Shown here in pieces: positions 60,313 to 64,000 of a DNA stretch of 64,000 bases; the stretch's first letter is position 1, and every line of letters starts with the position of its first letter. Source of the stretch: an uncultured Verrucomicrobiae bacterium. GTDB lineage: Bacteria > Verrucomicrobiota > Verrucomicrobiia > Limisphaerales > AAA164-E04. The notes below the pieces were generated by a model. That model did no database searches, had not been told where the DNA came from, and was given only the letters and a program-made list of their open reading frames with translations. The stretch lies in contig OX638380.1 in NCBI GenBank assembly GCA_951813855.1, positions 2,050,876 to 2,114,875 of the forward strand, given 5' to 3'. Position numbers and translations under genes: made by a program.

Positions 60313-62214
60313 GTAACTGCCTACGTATCCGATATTCAATTTTCCTTGCGGAAACGCTCGAACCGTGCTATTATGGGTCATGGCGAGCGTTTCTGCAAAT
60401 CAAACAGAATCGACTTCCAGCAATCCTCAAACGAAACCGGCTCGGGGGATCAATCTCTTTCTATTCTTATTCCAGCAGTTTCCGCTGCTGAAATCAAAAA
60501 TCAAGGAGTTGCGGCAGCGAATTCAGGAACTTCTTCGCCGGAATCGAGAATTGGAACTTTTGGTCCAGCGGCAAAAGGATCAGATCACCGAATTGAAGGA
60601 GGAAAAAGTCCGCTGGGAGAATGGTAACGCCGCGGCAACTATTCCAGACGGCGCTTCGACGTTCCCTTCCGAATCGGCAACCGCCGAACGGTCCGACGGT
60701 GCCGCTTCCGGGGAGAAAAAGCTCCAGGAACAATTAGAGGAGCAGCTCGCCTTGGTTGGCGAATTAACGGAAACCATCACGGAGTTAAAGCAACAAGCCG
60801 CCAAGGACAGTAGCAACAGCAGCAAGCCGCCTTCTTCGGATGGGTTGAAAAAGAAAAACGCCACCGTCAACGGCCAACCTAAACGCCAGTGCGAAAAGAA
60901 ACCGTTAGGTGGCCAACCCGGACATCAAGGCCGGACCATGGAACAAGGTTCGCATCCGGATCATCACCAGGATCGGTACCCGGAGGTCTGCCCGCATTGC
61001 GGGGAAACTCTCGAGTCAGATACCGAATGGGATTCGACTTGCGAGAAGCGACAAGTTCTGGACGAGAATGAGACGAATCGCCAACTGGAATACACGGAGT
61101 ATCGAGCTCACAGTTGCTCTTGTCCGAAATGCGGCAAGCGGGTCAAGGCCGCCTTTCCCAAGGGAGTTGACGGGCCGATCCAGTTCGGCCCGATTTTGAC
61201 CGCGAAAGTGATCTATCTGCGGGTCGCTCAATTCCTGCCCGAGCGGCGAGTCGTGGACATTATGCGCGTGCTTTTGAAGGTCGACCTCTCCTCAGCCACG
61301 GTCAAGAAGATGTGTCAACGGGCGGCGAAACTGATCGCTCAAGTGCTCCAGGAACTGGAGCGACAGGTGGCGCAAGGAACCGAGACCAAGCATCTGGACG
61401 AGACTGGTTTTCGCATCGGCGGTCGCCTTTGGTGGCTGCACGTCATGAGCACTCTGACCCTGACGTGCTATCGCATTTCGCCCACCCGCGGCGCCATGTT
61501 TGAGTCCCTCCAGGGACGAGTGGTTCATGACTGCATGCCTTCCTATGCGAAAATGACGGATCTTATTCATGGGTACTGCAATGCTCATCTATTGCGGGAA
61601 TTGCAAGCGGTCATGGAACAAGGCGAGAATTGGGCTCAAAAAATGCATCGGTTCCTGCTACTGCTGGAACGATACGTTCGGCGAGCAAAATATCGCGCCG
61701 CTCAAGCCGGCAATCGAGGTTCGCCCCTCGTTTCGGATGAGATCTGGGAAAAAATCGATCGCCGATATGGTGAATTGTTGGCGCTGGCGATAACCTATCA
61801 TGAGGAGAATCCACTGGTATCTTCTCGTAAGCGCGGCAGGAAGAAACGACGCCCCGGTCATAATCTAGCGTTACGGCTCCAGGATAAAAAAGAGGATTTC
61901 CTTCGGTTTGTGAGGGATTGGAGCATCCCTTTTACCAACAATTTGGCCGAACGCGACTTGAGAATGATGAAACTCTGCATGAAAATCTTCGGATGCTTTC
62001 GCACCGAAGCAGGCGCTCGAGATTTCGTCGCTCTGTACAGCGTCATCAGCACTGCCAAAAAAAGAGGGTGGGAAATCATCCAAACTCTGGCACTTTCCGC
62101 ACAAGAACTGACCGTTAAGTTGCAGGCCGCCTAACTTTGCCAGGGTTGAACCGGCACTCACGAACTAATGGGTCATTCTTGTCAAAAAAAGGCATCCCAT
62201 ACGTAGGCAGTTAC
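60313..62214 (+). mobile_element. IS66-family element type B, complete
   Basis: Perfect 16-bp TIR GTAACTGCCTACGTAT; 8-bp TSD TTAAATCT at 60305-60312 and 62215-62222. Confidence 0.95.
60365..62134 (+). CDS. IS66 family transposase (single ORF, intact)
   Basis: Coiled-coil, NSSKPPSSD, zinc-finger CPHC/CPKC, HLDETG, CNAHLLREL, PFTNNLAERDLR. Confidence 0.93.
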   Translation: MLLWVMASVSANQTESTSSNPQTKPARGINLFLFLFQQFPLLKSKIKELRQRIQELLRRNRELELLVQRQKDQITELKEEKVRWENGNAAATIPDGASTFPSESATAERSDGAASGEKKLQEQLEEQLALVGELTETITELKQQAAKDSSNSSKPPSSDGLKKKNATVNGQPKRQCEKKPLGGQPGHQGRTMEQGSHPDHHQDRYPEVCPHCGETLESDTEWDSTCEKRQVLDENETNRQLEYTEYRAHSCSCPKCGKRVKAAFPKGVDGPIQFGPILTAKVIYLRVAQFLPERRVVDIMRVLLKVDLSSATVKKMCQRAAKLIAQVLQELERQVAQGTETKHLDETGFRIGGRLWWLHVMSTLTLTCYRISPTRGAMFESLQGRVVHDCMPSYAKMTDLIHGYCNAHLLRELQAVMEQGENWAQKMHRFLLLLERYVRRAKYRAAQAGNRGSPLVSDEIWEKIDRRYGELLALAITYHEENPLVSSRKRGRKKRRPGHNLALRLQDKKEDFLRFVRDWSIPFTNNLAERDLRMMKLCMKIFGCFRTEAGARDFVALYSVISTAKKRGWEIIQTLALSAQELTVKLQAA

Positions 62215-62441
62215 TTAAATCTTTTATCAGAATTTCATTCTGACATGTTAATGGACGGATAATCTCTCTGGTAATCTAAAAACTGATTTCGATGGTTTAT
62301 TTAAAGCTGGAAGTTATCAACCCATTTAGATCGATTCAATGGTTTTTGAGAGGCTTGATGACGGGAAATCTTAGTTTCCAATCCTTTGACAACCAACGAA
62401 TTAGAATTAATTAGTGTCTGGTCCAAAAGGGACGATTTTTC

Positions 62442-64000
62442 GTAACTGCCTACGTATGGGATGCCTTTTTTTGACAAGAATGACCCATTAGTTCGTGAGT
62501 GCCGGTTCAACCCTGGCAAAGTTAGGCGGCCTGCAACTTAACGGTCAGTTCTTGTGCGGAAAGTGCCAGAGTTTGGATGATTTCCCACCCTCTTTTTTTG
62601 GCAGTGCTGATGACGCTGTACAGAGCGACGAAATCTCGAGCGCCTGCTTCGGTGCGAAAGCATCCGAAGATTTTCATGCAGAGTTTCATCATTCTCAAGT
62701 CGCGTTCGGCCAAATTGTTGGTAAAAGGGATGCTCCAATCCCTCACAAACCGAAGGAAATCCTCTTTTTTATCCTGGAGCCGTAACGCCAGATTATGACC
62801 GGGGCGTCGTTTCTTCCTGCCGCGCTTACGAGAAGATACCAGTGGATTCTCCTCATGATAGGTTATCGCCAGCGCCAACAATTCACCATATCGGCGATCG
62901 ATTTTTTCCCAGATCTCATCCGAAACGAGGGGCGAACCTCGATTGCCGGCTTGAGCGGCGCGATATTTTGCTCGCCGAACGTATCATTCCAGCAGTAGCA
63001 GGAACCGATGCATTTTTTGAGCCCAATTCTCGCCTTGTTCCATGACCGCTTGCAATTCCCGCAATAGATGAGCATTGCAGTACCCATGAATAAGATCCGT
63101 CATTTTCGCATAGGAAGGCATGCAGTCATGAACCACTCGTCCCTGGAGGGACTCAAACATGGCGCCGCGGGTGGGCGAAATGCGATAGCACGTCAGGGTC
63201 AGAGTGCTCATGACGTGCAGCCACCAAAGGCGACCGCCGATGCGAAAACCAGTCTCGTCCAGATGCTTGGTCTCGGTTCCTTGCGCCACCTGTCGCTCCA
63301 GTTCCTGGAGCACTTGAGCGATCAGTTTCGCCGCCCGTTGACACATCTTCTTGACCGTGGCTGAGGAGAGGTCGACCTTCAAAAGCACGCGCATAATGTC
63401 CACGACTCGCCGCTCGGGTAGGAATTGAGCGACCCGCAGATAGATCACTTTCGCGGTCAAAATCGGGCCGAACTGGATCGGCCCGTCAACTCCCTTGGGA
63501 AAGGCGGCCTTGACCCGCTTGCCGCATTTCGGACAAGAGCAACTGTGAGCTCGATACTCCGTGTATTCCAGTTGGCGATTCGTCTCATTCTCGTCCAGAA
63601 CTTGTCGCTTCTCGCAAGTCGAATCCCATTCGGTATCTGACTCGAGAGTTTCCCCGCAATGCGGGCAGACCTCCGGGTACCGATCCTGGTGATGATCCGG
63701 ATGCGAACCTTGTTCCATGGTCCGGCCTTGATGTCCGGGTTGGCCACCTAACGGTTTCTTTTCGCACTGGCGTTTAGGTTGGCCGTTGACGGTGGCGTTT
63801 TTCTTTTTCAACCCATCCGAAGAAGGCGGCTTGCTGCTGTTGCTACTGTCCTTGGCGGCTTGTTGCTTTAACTCCGTGATGGTTTCCGTTAATTCGCCAA
63901 CCAAGGCGAGCTGCTCCTCTAATTGTTCCTGGAGCTTTTTCTCCCCGGAAGCGGCACCGTCGGACCGTTCGGCGGTTGCCGATTCGGAAGGGAACGTCGA
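62442..64000 (-). mobile_element. Second, inverted copy of IS66 type B (runs off the window); transposase has a nonsense codon
   Basis: Reverse-complement copy of 60313..62214. CGA to TGA at 62984-62986; two silent differences seen (~62789 and 63419). Confidence 0.93.

Noticed and set aside
62984-62986. Programmed recoding in IS66-B copy 2
   Set aside because: The sister copy has CGA at this codon, so it is a C-to-T point mutation.

Overview
GC-rich bacterial chromosome segment. The gene content suggests a PVC-superphylum, probably Verrucomicrobiota-like, possibly host-associated organism (prepilin/H-X9-DG proteins, ASPIC-UnbV, ankyrin and RCC1/Calx-beta proteins); this taxonomy is an inference. 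1-51 kb is mostly core and envelope genes: a selenocysteine NAD-linked formate dehydrogenase with an in-frame UGA and SECIS, scattered Fe-S assembly genes, a cyclophilin-FKBP fusion, a candidate amino-lipid/envelope operon, an ABC-DUF3299 unit, a 2-oxoacid dehydrogenase E1a/E1b/E2, htpG, proC and tRNA-Leu(TAG). Interspersed are an IS110, a DUF4338-ISAs1 and several IS remnants. 51.5-64 kb is a dense IS cluster (IS66 of two types, IS630, DUF4338-IS4). It contains a 4 x 204-bp tandem array and the remains of an AT-richer toxin/immunity-like gene pair that can be rebuilt by removing the IS630. Most interesting: the 204-bp array; a C-terminal domain shared by unrelated repeat proteins (candidate sorting signal); the IS110 ends (candidate junction promoter and bridge RNA); the Sec-FDH; and repeated 10-13 bp tandem duplications in decaying genes. 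All calls are by eye from sequence and translation; no database searches were run.
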